From assembly GCA_047285805.1 (NCBI GenBank), contig JBJBCN010000002.1:288001-352000 (forward strand): 64,000 nt of DNA. The letters run 5' to 3'. The position numbers and the translations under genes were made by a program. The notes beneath the pieces were generated by a model. That model was not told the DNA's origin and ran no database searches. It saw nothing but the letters and a program-made list of their open reading frames with translations. Origin of the DNA: Synechococcus sp. GTDB lineage: Bacteria > Cyanobacteriota > Cyanobacteriia > PCC-6307 > Cyanobiaceae. Positions 28,280 through 38,909 of this stretch are shown one piece after another; within the stretch, counting starts at the first letter, position 1; every line of letters starts with the position of its first letter.

Positions 28280-28792
28280 TCAGAAGCTGGCGCGTTCGTG
28301 CAGGGTTCTGCGACGACGGGTGCCGTAACTGCCATACCCACGGGGACGGCGACCACCGAGCTCCTTGAGCCAGGTCTCAAGGTCCTGCATGTGGTGCTGT
28401 TCGTCGTCCAGCAGGGTCTGGAAGAAGGCCGCGTTGTTCTGGTCGTTAAGGAGACGACAAAAGCGCACGGCTTCGTCGTAGTGGCTGACGAGTTGCTGCT
28501 CCAGGTCAGCGTTCTGCTCGAGCAGTCCCACCAGATCGGGGGCGTGGGTCACCGGTTGCAGTTGGGAGGCTGCAGGTGCCACGCCAAGGGAGAGCATCTG
28601 CTGGACGATCCGCTCAGCGTGCCCCATCTCCTCTACGGTTTCCTGGCGGAACCGTTCGGCCGATGCCTCATCGCCCCAGAGCCCCACGAGGGAGGCCTGG
28701 GTCATGTACTGCTGAACAGCGGTCAGCTCAAGGCTGAGGGCACTCCCCAGAAAACCAAGGACGCGCGGATGATGGATGGCGTCCATGGTCAT
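28280..28792 (-). CDS. carboxysome-associated bacterioferritin-like protein
   Basis: ELTAVQQY, EEMGHAE, DEQHH ferritin-like ligands. Confidence 0.88.
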   Translation of the reverse strand: MTMDAIHHPRVLGFLGSALSLELTAVQQYMTQASLVGLWGDEASAERFRQETVEEMGHAERIVQQMLSLGVAPAASQLQPVTHAPDLVGLLEQNADLEQQLVSHYDEAVRFCRLLNDQNNAAFFQTLLDDEQHHMQDLETWLKELGGRRPRGYGSYGTRRRRTLHERASF

Positions 28793-29433
28793 CAGGCCCG
28801 GCGGTTGTTGGTGCTGGCCAGGGCGGGCTCGACTTCGGCGTGGGGGCGGGCAATGATGTGGGCGGCCACCAGGCCGTCACCCACGCGCTCGCAGGCGTCG
28901 GCGCCAGCGCGAACGGCGGCGTTTACAGCACCGGTTTCACCACGTACCAGCACGGTGACGTAACCACCACCGACGAACTCGCGACCGATCAGGGTCACTT
29001 CAGCTGCCTTGGTCATGGCATCAGCCGCTTCGATCGCGGGCACCAGACCTCGGGTCTCGATCATGCCGAGAGCGATGCCTTGAACGGAAGAAGCCATGGG
29101 GGAGGTGCTTGTGGAGGGGGTGGAGCGGTTGCCGCCGGAGCCCGAGCCGGAGGCGGAGGAACGAGAGGCTGCAGCGCGGGTGTTGCGACGGGCGGCCGGA
29201 GCCGCCTTCGCAGCGGAGCTGGCCGCGGTTTTCGCGGGGGTCGAGGCGACCGTTTTGGCGGTCACCGTCACGGGGGCAGACGCTGCCGCCCGGGCGGGGG
29301 TGCTGGCCTTGGCCGCCGCGGCGGGGATCGCGGTCACCGAAGTGGTCCCGGCCGCAGGCTTGGCGGCAGCAGGCTTAGCGCTGGATTCGGCGCTCGCCGA
29401 AGTGCTGGTGGCTCGGGATCGTGGTGTGGCCAT
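28792..29433 (-). CDS. csoS1E: BMC-H shell protein with long Ala/Ser/Thr N-terminal extension
   Basis: C-terminal [11 protein letters not shown]...HIIARPH domain. Confidence 0.92.
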   Translation of the reverse strand: MATPRSRATSTSASAESSAKPAAAKPAAGTTSVTAIPAAAAKASTPARAAASAPVTVTAKTVASTPAKTAASSAAKAAPAARRNTRAAASRSSASGSGSGGNRSTPSTSTSPMASSVQGIALGMIETRGLVPAIEAADAMTKAAEVTLIGREFVGGGYVTVLVRGETGAVNAAVRAGADACERVGDGLVAAHIIARPHAEVEPALASTNNRRA

Positions 29434-29515
29434 GACGGTGATGGGCTAAGCCCGGTTGATGGTCGCTGGTGGAAACGGAATGGACCCAGGCTGGCTGGGA
29501 GGAACGCGGGGCTCC

Positions 29516-29770
29516 TTAGCCGTCGGGCGACCAGTGGTCGATGATGCCGCCGATCGTGAGATCGGTGAACAGGCTGGCGTTGCCGGTGGCGTGGCGGGCA
29601 GCGGAGCCACTCGCGGTGAAGACCCAGTTGCCGGGGGAGGCCCCAACCGGATCGGTGGCGACGTTCAACTTGCCCTTGGAGTTGCGCAAGATCCGCAGGT
29701 TTTGGTGGGCGAAGCCCTCCACCCTTTGGGTGCAGACCATCGATCCCATCACCTGCATGATCTCCATCAC
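29516..29770 (-). CDS. csoS4B: carboxysome vertex protein B
   Basis: VATDPVGASPGNWV, TDLTIGGIIDHW. Confidence 0.95.
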   Translation of the reverse strand: MMEIMQVMGSMVCTQRVEGFAHQNLRILRNSKGKLNVATDPVGASPGNWVFTASGSAARHATGNASLFTDLTIGGIIDHWSPDG

Positions 29771-30057
29771 TTGGCTCCCCCTTGGGGTTTGCCCGCCGCC
29801 ATCTCTTTGCCTGCGTCGGGATCCCAGTGATCGATGATCCCGACGATCGTCAGATCGCTCGGATAGGACTTGCTGCCGGCCGCTTCACGGGCCGCGGAGC
29901 TACCGACGCAAATCACCCAATCGCCGGGGATGGCACCAACGGCATCGACAGCCACTTTCTGGGTGCTGCCATCAAGCACGACCTGGAGGTGTTTGTGCTG
30001 GAAGTCCGCGATGCGGTTGGTGGAAACCAGTGGCTTCAGCACTTTGCAGATCAACAT
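29767..30057 (-). CDS. csoS4A: carboxysome vertex protein A
   Basis: LVSTNRI, VAVDAVG, GSSAAREAAG. Confidence 0.95.
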   Translation of the reverse strand: MLICKVLKPLVSTNRIADFQHKHLQVVLDGSTQKVAVDAVGAIPGDWVICVGSSAAREAAGSKSYPSDLTIVGIIDHWDPDAGKEMAAGKPQGGAK

Positions 30058-30058
30058 T

Positions 30059-31810
30059 TCAGTGCCCCCCTCCTGTGTTGAACGTGATTGAGGAACTTAC
30101 GGTCTCGGCCGGAATGTGCCGATCGCGATCCCGCACGGTGAGCAGGGTGTGCAAAAGCCCTTGCTCACAGAGTTCGCTGTAACGGGCCTCGATGGCAGCC
30201 TTCACCCGCTCGCAGTGCTGGATCGCACGTTCGCGGGCACCAGGAACAGCGCCGTGGTAATCGAAACGAAGCACCACCGGAATCGGTAGACCGCGGGAGA
30301 CGTTGAGGCCCTTGAAAATCTTGACCCCGACATCGAGATCGGGAGCGCCTTCTTCAACGGTGTCCATGTAGGCGAAGTAAGTCAGGTTGCGGAGGTGGAT
30401 CTCCTTGAAGCCGATGCCCACACCAATGAAGCGCTCGGCGTGGCCGAAATCGCTGTAGCTGCCGCCGTGGTACTGGCGGACGTAATCGATCTGAGAGAGG
30501 TTGTTCTCGATCAGTCGGCTGATCAGCTTGACCATGCCCTGATCGGGGGCCCCGGCTGCGGCCGTGGTGACCTGCTTCTCGATCTCATCGCGAGCCTGGT
30601 CCGCGCGCATGCCGCGGGTGGCCTCATAGACGTCGCGGGCATCGAGCCAGCTCTCCAGGTTGGTGCTGCCGTCGGCACCTGGCACGTGGACCCGAATGGC
30701 ATCGGTGTCCGTGTCCATGCCGATCAGCAACAGATCAACTGAGGCCCCGCAGCAGAAGCTGTTTTCGACAGCTTGTTGGAAGTCCTGCAGACGTTGCAAC
30801 CCCTGGGCGGCAGCGGCGCTGTCATCACTGCCATGGGCGGCGCAGCCTTCGTGGCAGGGGTCCTTCGAGCTGAAGTGGTAGACGACCGTTTTGAGGTAAC
30901 GGGTGTCGGCGTGGGCTGGGTTCGGAAGCCCTTCGCGGTAACGCCGGTGCTCAGTTTTGACCCAGCGGTCGACGGTGTTCTCGACGTCGAACATCGCACC
31001 GGCATGGGAGCGGCGTCGCACCGAGCTGAAGGGCAGCCTCAGCGCGTAGGCGATCGCATGGGCCAGGCGACCATCTGCGCAAGGGGTGACATCCAAGAGA
31101 TGGAAGCCGCACTCCAGCAGGAAGGCGTTGAAGTCTTCTGCGTCGCTGCTGCCGGATTGGGCCGCCAGAGGATCGTCGTTGAAGAATGAGAGGCTGGCTT
31201 GCTCGTAGGCCTCAAAGACGCACCAGGCAAAGAGGGTGCGCATGTCCAGTTGCGCGGTCCATGCGGTCTCGAGGATCGGCTGGGGCAGCTCATGTCCCAG
31301 CTCAGCGATGGCCAGGCGCTGGGCCTGCTCAACAAAATTGTTCTCGTGCTGGAGCGCTGAAAGGCGCTTCAAGACGGGCACGATCCGATCAAAGGAGCCG
31401 AGGGTCTGCTCCTCGTAAGCCCTTAGGGCGGCGTTGGCTTGGCCGTTGCTGAGTGGATTGAGTCCACCGGAACGGATGGAACCGGCCGAGAGGCCCCCGC
31501 TGGAACTGCGGTCCAGAACGACCTGGGTCGCAACAGGGCGAACGCGGCGTGTGTTCCCCAACTTGGTGCTGACCACCGCACTGGAGGGTTTCTTGGCCCT
31601 GGGGCCACTGGGGCGTGTCGCACCGCGAGGGGTGCGGGAGGCGTTCGCCAATTCACGCTGACGCAGAACCTTGCTGAAGGCACTGCTGGGGTTGAGCTCA
31701 GCGGGGGAGTCCGCTGGATTGGCCGAGACCGGGTCCCCAGTGCCGCGTTGGCGACGGCTGGGGGCCGTTGGTGCTAGCGGCCGCTCGTTATTGGCGGAAC
31801 GCTGAGGCAT
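30059..31810 (-). CDS. csoS3: carboxysomal carbonic anhydrase CsoSCA
   Basis: PCADGRL, HFS..DP.HEGCAAHG. Confidence 0.96.
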   Translation of the reverse strand: MPQRSANNERPLAPTAPSRRQRGTGDPVSANPADSPAELNPSSAFSKVLRQRELANASRTPRGATRPSGPRAKKPSSAVVSTKLGNTRRVRPVATQVVLDRSSSGGLSAGSIRSGGLNPLSNGQANAALRAYEEQTLGSFDRIVPVLKRLSALQHENNFVEQAQRLAIAELGHELPQPILETAWTAQLDMRTLFAWCVFEAYEQASLSFFNDDPLAAQSGSSDAEDFNAFLLECGFHLLDVTPCADGRLAHAIAYALRLPFSSVRRRSHAGAMFDVENTVDRWVKTEHRRYREGLPNPAHADTRYLKTVVYHFSSKDPCHEGCAAHGSDDSAAAAQGLQRLQDFQQAVENSFCCGASVDLLLIGMDTDTDAIRVHVPGADGSTNLESWLDARDVYEATRGMRADQARDEIEKQVTTAAAGAPDQGMVKLISRLIENNLSQIDYVRQYHGGSYSDFGHAERFIGVGIGFKEIHLRNLTYFAYMDTVEEGAPDLDVGVKIFKGLNVSRGLPIPVVLRFDYHGAVPGARERAIQHCERVKAAIEARYSELCEQGLLHTLLTVRDRDRHIPAETVSSSITFNTGGGH

Positions 31811-31823
31811 GTCGAAGTGCTCC

Positions 31824-34190
31824 TCAGCCCCGGGCGCCGCCGGAGACGGTGATCAGAGAGCCCTGATCGGTGCTGCCGCTGGAGCCGGTCACCTTGTTGT
31901 TGGGAGCAGGAACTTCGTCGTTTCGCTTGGGCTGAACGCCGGGCATGGCACTCATCGGACCCACGCGGGTGGGGTTCCGGCGACGGGCCGAACGGCCCTC
32001 GGTGCCGGTCACGCGGTCGCCACGATCCCAGTCATCGCCGGTGATCTTGGTGCCGGAGCCTTCGCCGGTCACCCGGGAAGCTTGGGCTTCATCGGCGGCT
32101 ATGGCCACGGGCTCCTGGGCTTGGGCCAGGCGCTGGCTGGAGCGACGGTCGAAGCGGAACTGTTCAGTTCCGGTGATCTTGCCGCTGGCCATGTCGAAAG
32201 GGCCAGTGATCCGTCCGCCTTGCTCGTAGGTGCTGCCGGTGACGCTACCGGTGCTTTCGCGCTCTTCCTGAGCAGCTCGGGCAGGGGACTGGACGCTGAA
32301 CTCTTGCCAAGCCGCACCGTTCAAGGGCTGGGGAAAGTCGGCATCGCGGCTGGGAGCAGTACCGCAGGCGCTGGCCTGTTGATCCGCACCGACGTAGGGG
32401 GTGCCGCTGATGGATTCACAGGCGCCGTGCTCGGCGCCGGTCATCACACCACCGATGCCGGGCTGGATGCCGGTCATTCGGTTGGAGTTGCGGACGGGGG
32501 TGCGCTCACGGACAGCGCGAACGGCGGAGGTGTTGCAGAAGTCGCCTGGCTGCTCGAGGCCGGCGTAGGGGGTGCCGGTCACCACCTTGCAGCTGCCGGG
32601 CTCATCACCGGTCACTTTTTCAGAGCGGCCGGTGCGGCTGCCGCTGACCACCTGGTTGCGGTTGGTGATGCTGAAGCCCACCTTTGCGGCTTCCGGTGCG
32701 GGACGTGTGCCGCAGAAGCCGTCGAACTGCTCGCTGCCGATGTACTCATCACCTGTGACGTTGCGGCAGCTTCCGGCTTCATCGCCGGTGACTTGCTTGC
32801 TGCGGCCCACGGCGGTGCCGGTGACACCGGTGCCCCGAAGGGTGTTTTGGCTGCTGACCTTGGTTGCGGCACGGCCACCGACGTTGGCATCGGAACCGAG
32901 GTACTGGTCGCCCGTCAAGTTGCGGCCTGAACCGGCTTCGTCTCCGGTGACCCGCTCGCTGCGACCCACCATTACGCCGCTAACGGCCTGGCCGCCTTGG
33001 GTTTGGCTCTGGCCCACCTTGCGCACGGAGGGATTGCCCACACCGCAATAGGAGCTGGACTGGTTGGCCGAGATGTACTCGGTACCGGTGACGGTCTTGC
33101 AGGTTCCGGGCTCATCGCCGGTGACCTTCTCACTGCGGCCTACTTCGTTGCCGGTGACGCGGTTGCCGTGGCTGGTGGCGCTGACGCCCACCTTGGCGGG
33201 CTGGTTGCCGCTGGCGGGTTGGCCACCGCAGAATGTCTGGAAGACTTCAGCGCCCAGATATTCGGTTCCGGTGATCGAACGGCAGGTGGCTGCTTCGTTG
33301 CCGGTGGTTTTGACCGAACGGTTGGCTTGGGTGCCGGTGACCGTTTGACCGGAGAGGGTTTCACTGACGCCCACCTTCCAGGCGGCATCAGCGGCGGCGG
33401 CTTGCTTGGCGCCGTGGCGGTTGGGGCCGCTGGGGCGGGTGCCGCTGTTGCGGGCACTGCCGGCAGCACCGGTCTTGCTCTTCAGTTCACGGACTTTCTG
33501 GGCCAGCTCACGAGCACTCAAATCCGGGTTGATCTGGCGAGCGACAGCAGCTGCACCGGTTTTGGTGGAGTTGCTGGCGGACTTACCGCGCTTGCTCAGG
33601 GCCTCACGGCGTGCCAGCACCAGGGCGCGGCTCGCGTTGTGCTGGGCGGTTCCCTTGCGTGCAGCGGCGCGACGCTCACTGCCGGCGCGGTTCGAGCTAG
33701 CGGAAGCCCGCTCGCTGGATAGCGACAGGGTTGCCGAACGGGATTGTTGGGTATCGGTTGTTTTCTCTTGGCACTTGCACTTGTGCTCAGCGGCCGGCGC
33801 CGCTGCTGCCTTCGGGGCTTCCTTGGCGACGTCGGTGCGGGTGCGGTCCTTGGAGGTGTCAGCGCGCTTACCGCCGCGGGTCATGGCCTCGCGCCTGGAG
33901 AGCACCAGGTCCCGGCTGGGGTTCGAGACCCGCTTGCCCGCGTTGGACCGGTGCGAGGTGCTGGGGGAGGACAGCTGACGATGGGTCGGTGCCGCAGCAG
34001 GGGCGGCAGCTTCAGCGGCGGCCGGGCGGGGAGCGCTGCTGGGAGCGGCGTTGGTCCGGGTCGGACGGGCATCGGCTGCGCTGCGAACGCGTCCACCACC
34101 GCTGCCGTAACGGCCGGAGGCTTTCTTACCGCCGTCGGTGAGGGCCTTACGGCGCTCCAGGGCTGCTTCGCGACTCGATTTAGTGGCCAT
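31824..34190 (-). CDS. csoS2: carboxysome scaffold protein CsoS2
   Basis: N-repeats (SR..L.RR.AL..GK), many (V/I)TG M-repeats, C-terminal ITVSGGARG. Confidence 0.97.
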   Translation of the reverse strand: MATKSSREAALERRKALTDGGKKASGRYGSGGGRVRSAADARPTRTNAAPSSAPRPAAAEAAAPAAAPTHRQLSSPSTSHRSNAGKRVSNPSRDLVLSRREAMTRGGKRADTSKDRTRTDVAKEAPKAAAAPAAEHKCKCQEKTTDTQQSRSATLSLSSERASASSNRAGSERRAAARKGTAQHNASRALVLARREALSKRGKSASNSTKTGAAAVARQINPDLSARELAQKVRELKSKTGAAGSARNSGTRPSGPNRHGAKQAAAADAAWKVGVSETLSGQTVTGTQANRSVKTTGNEAATCRSITGTEYLGAEVFQTFCGGQPASGNQPAKVGVSATSHGNRVTGNEVGRSEKVTGDEPGTCKTVTGTEYISANQSSSYCGVGNPSVRKVGQSQTQGGQAVSGVMVGRSERVTGDEAGSGRNLTGDQYLGSDANVGGRAATKVSSQNTLRGTGVTGTAVGRSKQVTGDEAGSCRNVTGDEYIGSEQFDGFCGTRPAPEAAKVGFSITNRNQVVSGSRTGRSEKVTGDEPGSCKVVTGTPYAGLEQPGDFCNTSAVRAVRERTPVRNSNRMTGIQPGIGGVMTGAEHGACESISGTPYVGADQQASACGTAPSRDADFPQPLNGAAWQEFSVQSPARAAQEERESTGSVTGSTYEQGGRITGPFDMASGKITGTEQFRFDRRSSQRLAQAQEPVAIAADEAQASRVTGEGSGTKITGDDWDRGDRVTGTEGRSARRRNPTRVGPMSAMPGVQPKRNDEVPAPNNKVTGSSGSTDQGSLITVSGGARG

Positions 34191-34318
34191 GTCCGCCCGG
34201 TGTATGGAATGACTGGATGGCATTCACGAGCCGGTCGATCTCAATCAACGCAGCGCGAAAATGCATGGAATCTGAAGGCGGAAACCCGCAATCAGATGGT
34301 TAATCTGTAAAAGAAGGA

Positions 34319-34344
34319 GTGGTCTCGAGATAAGCCGAGACCAC
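34319..34344 (-). terminator. stem-loop after rbcS
   Basis: GTGGTCTCG/CGAGACCAC 9-bp stem followed by pyrimidine tract on the minus strand. Confidence 0.65.
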
Positions 34345-34364
34345 AACTTGATGAAGGCGCTGAA

Positions 34365-34706
34365 TCAGCGGCCTTCGAACACCACGAAGCAAGCACCTTG
34401 GCTTTGGGTGTAGGCGTCGTAGCCCACGAGACGCACGTGATGGTCGGGGTAAGCGCGGTGGCAAGCTTCGAGCTCGTTCACGATGACGCTCAGGTCCTTC
34501 TCACCGAAGAAGGGCAGCTTCCAGTAGGACCAATAGGTGGCCATGGAGCGGCTGGGGTGGACGTGCTCGACGAGCGGGCTCCAACCCTGGGCAATGATGT
34601 ACGCGATCTGGTCGTAGATCTCGTCCTGGGTCATCGGCGGCAGGAAGCCGAAGGTCTCCAGGGTGGCGACTGTTTGGTAGTCACCCACGGTGCTCTTGAA
34701 AGGCAT
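34365..34706 (-). CDS. rbcS: Rubisco small subunit, form IA
   Basis: LETFGFLPP, YWSYWKLPFFGE. Confidence 0.98.
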   Translation of the reverse strand: MPFKSTVGDYQTVATLETFGFLPPMTQDEIYDQIAYIIAQGWSPLVEHVHPSRSMATYWSYWKLPFFGEKDLSVIVNELEACHRAYPDHHVRLVGYDAYTQSQGACFVVFEGR

Positions 34707-34822
34707 GGGGTTCCTTGAGATGGATGGAATGAATGAACCTTGATTTGGTTCGATGTCCTGTTCCGATCACTGAATGGGTTGGAGTCAACCGAAGCTGACT
34801 CCGTGACCCACTCGCTTCGAAA

Positions 34823-36235
34823 TCAGTTGACGTCGAGCTTGTCGACGGTGTCGAACTCGAACTTGATTTCCTTCCAGGTCTCGAGGGCGATGGCCAGCTC
34901 GGGGCTGTGCTTCGCGGCTTCCATGAGGATGTCGCGGCCTTCGCGCTCAATCTCGCGACCGGCGTTACGGGCTTTGACGCAGGCTTCCAGTGCAACGCGG
35001 TTAGCGGCAGCACCAGCAGCAGAACCCCAGGGGTGACCGTGGGTACCACCACCGAACTGGAGCACTGAGTCATCACCGAAGATGCTCACCAGGGCCGGCA
35101 TGTGCCAGACGTGGATACCGCCAGATGCCACGGCGAACACGCCGCCCATGGAACCCCAATCTTGGTCGAAGAAGTTACCGCGGCTGCGATCTTCGGGAAC
35201 GAAGGATTCGCGCAGTTGGTCGATGTAGCCGAGGGTGGACTGACGGTCGCCCTCGAGCTTGCCGACCACGGTGCCGGTGTGCAGCTGGTCACCACCGGAG
35301 AGACGCAGACACTTAGCGAGAACGCGGAAGTGGATGCCGTGCTTGGGGTGACGGTCGATCACCGCGTGCATGGCGCGGTGGATGTGCAGCAGGATGCCGT
35401 TCTTACGGCACCAGTGGGACAGACCGGTGTTAGCGGTGAAGCCACCAGTGATGTAGTCGTGCATGATGATCGGCTGCCCGAGTTCCTTGGCGAACTCGGC
35501 CCGCTCGTACATCTGCTCAGGCGTGGCGGCGGTGCAGTTCAGGTAGTGACCCTTACGCTCGCCGGTCTCCTGCTCAGCGGATTTCACGGCTTCGGCAACG
35601 AACTCGAACCGGTTCTGCCAACGCTGGAAGGGCTGGGAGTTGATGTTCTCGTCGTCCTTGGTGAAGTCGAGACCACCGCGGAGGCACTCATACACAACCC
35701 GGCCGTAGTTCTTACCGCTCAGGCCAAGCTTCGGCTTGATGGTGCAACCCAGCAGGGGACGGCCGTACTTGTTCATACGGTCGCGCTCGACCTGGATGCC
35801 GTTCGGCGGACCCATGCAGGTCTTGATAAACGCCATCGGGAAGCGGATGTCTTCCAGACGCAGGTGGCGCAGAGCCTTGAAACCGAAGACGTTGCCGACC
35901 AGGGAGGTCAGAACGTTGGTGACGGAACCCTCTTCGAACAGGTCGAGGGGGTAGGCGATGAACGCATAGAAGGACTCCTTGTCGCCAGGAACGTCTTCGA
36001 TGCGGTAGCAACGGCCCTTGTAGAAGTCGAGGTCGGTGAGGAGCTCGGACCACACAGTGGACCAGGTGCCGGTCGAGGATTCAGCAGCCACAGCAGCGGC
36101 AACTTCTTCCTTGGGGACACCTTCCTGGCCGGTGCACTTGAAGCAAGCCAGCAGGTCGGTGTCGAGGGGTACGTAATCAGGAGTCCAATACGTGTCGCGG
36201 TACTCCTTAACCCCAGCGTCGTACTTCTTAGCCAT
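34823..36235 (-). CDS. rbcL: Rubisco large subunit, form IA
   Basis: [23 protein letters not shown]. Confidence 0.99.
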   Translation of the reverse strand: MAKKYDAGVKEYRDTYWTPDYVPLDTDLLACFKCTGQEGVPKEEVAAAVAAESSTGTWSTVWSELLTDLDFYKGRCYRIEDVPGDKESFYAFIAYPLDLFEEGSVTNVLTSLVGNVFGFKALRHLRLEDIRFPMAFIKTCMGPPNGIQVERDRMNKYGRPLLGCTIKPKLGLSGKNYGRVVYECLRGGLDFTKDDENINSQPFQRWQNRFEFVAEAVKSAEQETGERKGHYLNCTAATPEQMYERAEFAKELGQPIIMHDYITGGFTANTGLSHWCRKNGILLHIHRAMHAVIDRHPKHGIHFRVLAKCLRLSGGDQLHTGTVVGKLEGDRQSTLGYIDQLRESFVPEDRSRGNFFDQDWGSMGGVFAVASGGIHVWHMPALVSIFGDDSVLQFGGGTHGHPWGSAAGAAANRVALEACVKARNAGREIEREGRDILMEAAKHSPELAIALETWKEIKFEFDTVDKLDVN

Positions 36236-36306
36236 GGAGAATCTCCGAGTGGGTCGAGGGAAATAAGTCAGAGGGATGAGTGGCCATTAATGGCCTAACT
36301 CAGTCC

Positions 36307-36621
36307 TCAGTCCTTCGAACCAACGAAGCCGGCGCTGCTGTTCAGAGCAGGCTCTACTTCACGGTGGGGGCGGGCAATGATGTGGGCGGCAACCAGGCCA
36401 TCACCCACGCGCTCGCAGGCATCGGCGCCAGCGCGAACGGCAGCGTTCACAGCACCGGTTTCGCCGCGGACCAGAACGGTGACGTAACCGCCGCCCACGA
36501 ATTCGCGACCGACCAGGCGCACTTCGGCAGCCTTGGTCATGGCGTCAGCGGCTTCGATCGCGGGGACCAGACCCCGGGTTTCGATCATGCCGAGGGCGAT
36601 GCCCATGGTTTCGTTAGCCAT
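36307..36621 (-). CDS. csoS1A: major carboxysome shell protein CsoS1A (CcmK1)
   Basis: [17 protein letters not shown]. Confidence 0.97.
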   Translation of the reverse strand: MANETMGIALGMIETRGLVPAIEAADAMTKAAEVRLVGREFVGGGYVTVLVRGETGAVNAAVRAGADACERVGDGLVAAHIIARPHREVEPALNSSAGFVGSKD

Positions 36622-36730
36622 TACCTGCTCCTGGAGGAGGGGTGGAATGTTCGCCAGCAACCTTGCTTCGTCAACGATCCGTAAGTCAAGACATTTAGTG
36701 CCAAATGGCGATCACCGTCCCCTCAGTGTT

Positions 36731-36749
36731 TGATAAGTGGGGCTGATCA
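36731..36749. promoter_or_regulatory. LysR-type inverted repeat upstream of cso operon
   Basis: TGATAAG-N5-CTGATCA (6/7 symmetric, T-N11-A core), ~110 bp upstream of csoS1A. Confidence 0.4.
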
Positions 36750-36825
36750 GTGCCTCACAAAACGATGCATATCCTTTTCGGGCTGCTCCGATGACCGGTA
36801 CATGGCGTCTCTAAAAGCACTGCGG

Positions 36826-37108
36826 CTAGAGCGATTCGACTTCCGAGAGATGGGCAATGCCGCCGTAATACTCCAGGAATGGTTTGAGAGCGACACTCAG
36901 TCCTTCCACGATCTGAGGCTCGCAAAACACGAGCACGTGAGCATTCGCACCAGCCCGCTGAAGTCGATGGCCCCCGATACAGAGCTGTGTGGGACCTTGC
37001 CGGTCACATGGTTAATCACGTTTTAGCCCGCTGAACCGGCGCATCGGTCGTATTGAGGACAGCATCGAGCTCCCGCTCGCCCAGGATCAGATCGAGACGT
37101 CTTTTCGG
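36826..37108 (-). pseudogene. sbtB: decayed PII-like SbtB gene
   Basis: Pieces read KRRLDLILGERELDAVL / HVTGK..DFSG / GANAHVLVFCE...LEYYGGIAHLSEVESL*; no start codon, frameshifts and a stop. Confidence 0.8.
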
Positions 37109-38104
37109 TCAGCCGGCGGCAGGAAGGACGGTGTTGATAAGGGCCATGTAGAGCGGGATCCCGAGCAGGATGTTGAAGGGAAAGGTCAATCCAAGTGCCG
37201 TTGAGATGTAAAAACTCGGGTTGGCTTCTGGAACCGTCATCCGCATCGCCGCAGGAACCGCGATGTAGGAGGCGCTGGCACAAAGCACGACAAACAACAG
37301 GGCATTGCCGGGGCTGAGAGCCAAGCCCTTGGCAATCAGGGTGCCCACTAGGGCGTTAAAGAGCGGCATCAACACGGCAAAGCCGATCAGGAATCCACCC
37401 GTTTGCTTCAGGTCTCGAAGGCGTTGGGCGGCGACGATGCCCATATCCAGCAGGAAAAAGCTCAGGGCGCCATAGAACAATTTGTCGGTGAAGGGCAGCA
37501 TCTTTTCAACGCTGCTGGGACTGTTGGCAGCACTGAGAAACCCCACCAATAAGCTGCCGACCAAGAGATAAACCGAGCCGTTCAGCAGCGCCTCATGCAG
37601 CACCGCTCCCCAGCGCATTCCTCCCACACTCGTGCGTTGCTGCGGCGCCGCCAGTTTCACGAGGAGCAGGCCAACAATGATCGCCGGCGACTCCATCAGC
37701 GCTAGCGCGGCGACCATGAAGCCGTCGTGCTGTAGATGCTGGGTATCCAGAAAGGTTTCAGCGGTAATAAAGGTCACCGCCGAGATTGAGCCGTAGGTCC
37801 CGGCAATGGCGGCCGCATTGAAGCCGTCCAGCTTCCAGCGCAACACCACATAGGAATAGAGCGGCACCGCGAGGGACATCAGGACCGCTGCGGCAATGGT
37901 CGGTAGGACTTGGCCACTGACGCCGCTGTGCTGCAGCTCGAGGCCGCCTTTGAATCCAATTGCCAGCAAGAGATAGAGCGAGAACAGCTTCGGCAGGGGA
38001 TCCGGGATCTCCAGATCCGAGCCCAGTAGGACGGCGATGACTCCAAGAAAAAAGAAGAGGACCGGGGGTGTGAACAGGTTCTGGAAAACCAGGCTGGTGT
38101 CCAT
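37109..38104 (-). CDS. sbtA: SbtA-family Na+/bicarbonate transporter (DUF897)
   Basis: YLLLAIGFKGG, YGSISAVTF, ALMESPAI, SASYIAVPAAMR. Confidence 0.9.
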   Translation of the reverse strand: MDTSLVFQNLFTPPVLFFFLGVIAVLLGSDLEIPDPLPKLFSLYLLLAIGFKGGLELQHSGVSGQVLPTIAAAVLMSLAVPLYSYVVLRWKLDGFNAAAIAGTYGSISAVTFITAETFLDTQHLQHDGFMVAALALMESPAIIVGLLLVKLAAPQQRTSVGGMRWGAVLHEALLNGSVYLLVGSLLVGFLSAANSPSSVEKMLPFTDKLFYGALSFFLLDMGIVAAQRLRDLKQTGGFLIGFAVLMPLFNALVGTLIAKGLALSPGNALLFVVLCASASYIAVPAAMRMTVPEANPSFYISTALGLTFPFNILLGIPLYMALINTVLPAAG

Positions 38105-38311
38105 CGAGGAACCCGTAGCGATGGCGCGATTCTGGGCGCTCTGGGTGTGTTCAGAGCTGCATACATCCGGCATCGAGCCGCTTGCAGCGCCTGGGGACCC
38201 TCCCTACGGTTGGATCGAGGTAGGTGCCCCTGGATTTCTCTGGGGTGGAATGTTCAACCCAACCTGCCTCACCCCTTTAGGCGGCACAATGGCGGCCCCT
38301 GGCGTCATTGG

Positions 38312-38908
38312 ATGCGACCTGGCACATCCCAGCCGATTTTGGTGATTGCCAGTGGCAACCCCTACAAGGTGGCCGAGATCAGCTCGATGCTCGATGCGGT
38401 CGACCTGGAGGTTCGTCAGCAGCCCGACGGCCTCGAGATCGAAGAAACAGGCAAGACCTACCTCGAAAACGCTCGCCTGAAGGCCTGTGCGGTGGCCCAG
38501 TTGACGGGGCAGTGGGCGTTGGCCGACGACTCCGGCCTAGAGGTCGATGCCTTGGCTGGTGCCCCAGGCCTCTATTCAGCCCGCTACGCCGCCACTGACT
38601 CCGAGCGCATCCACCGGCTGCTGCAGGAATTGGGATCGAGCCCCTACCGCAGCGGCTGCTTTAACAGCGCCATGGTGCTCTCTGACCCTGAGGGCCGCCC
38701 CGTGCTGGAGTCCGAGGGGATCTGCCGCGGCGAAATCCTCACCAGCCCCCAGGGGACAGGCGGTGGATATGACCCGATCTTTTGGGTGCGTGAAGCTGGC
38801 CTGACCTATGCCCAGATGGGGCAGCACCTCAAGGACAAACTGGGTTCTCGTGGCAAGGCTGCGCGTTCCTTGGCGCCGGGCCTCAAGGAGATCTTCGCTC
38901 TGTCCTAA
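38312..38908 (+). CDS. rdgB: Ham1/RdgB non-canonical purine NTP pyrophosphatase
   Basis: ASGNPYK, ENARLKA, ADDSGL, GYDPIF. Confidence 0.93.
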   Translation: MRPGTSQPILVIASGNPYKVAEISSMLDAVDLEVRQQPDGLEIEETGKTYLENARLKACAVAQLTGQWALADDSGLEVDALAGAPGLYSARYAATDSERIHRLLQELGSSPYRSGCFNSAMVLSDPEGRPVLESEGICRGEILTSPQGTGGGYDPIFWVREAGLTYAQMGQHLKDKLGSRGKAARSLAPGLKEIFALS

Positions 38909-38909
38909 A

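Noticed and set aside
28840..29100. Near-duplicate of 36350-36610
   Set aside because: Ordinary paralogy between the BMC domains of csoS1E and csoS1A.
31824..34190. Periodic CCGGTGAC-type repeats; possible array or programmed frameshift
   Set aside because: These are the coding (V/I)TG repeats of CsoS2; I saw no convincing slippery site.
36730..37026. 98-aa plus-strand ORF upstream of csoS1A
   Set aside because: It is antisense to the sbtB pseudogene and overlaps the cso promoter region.
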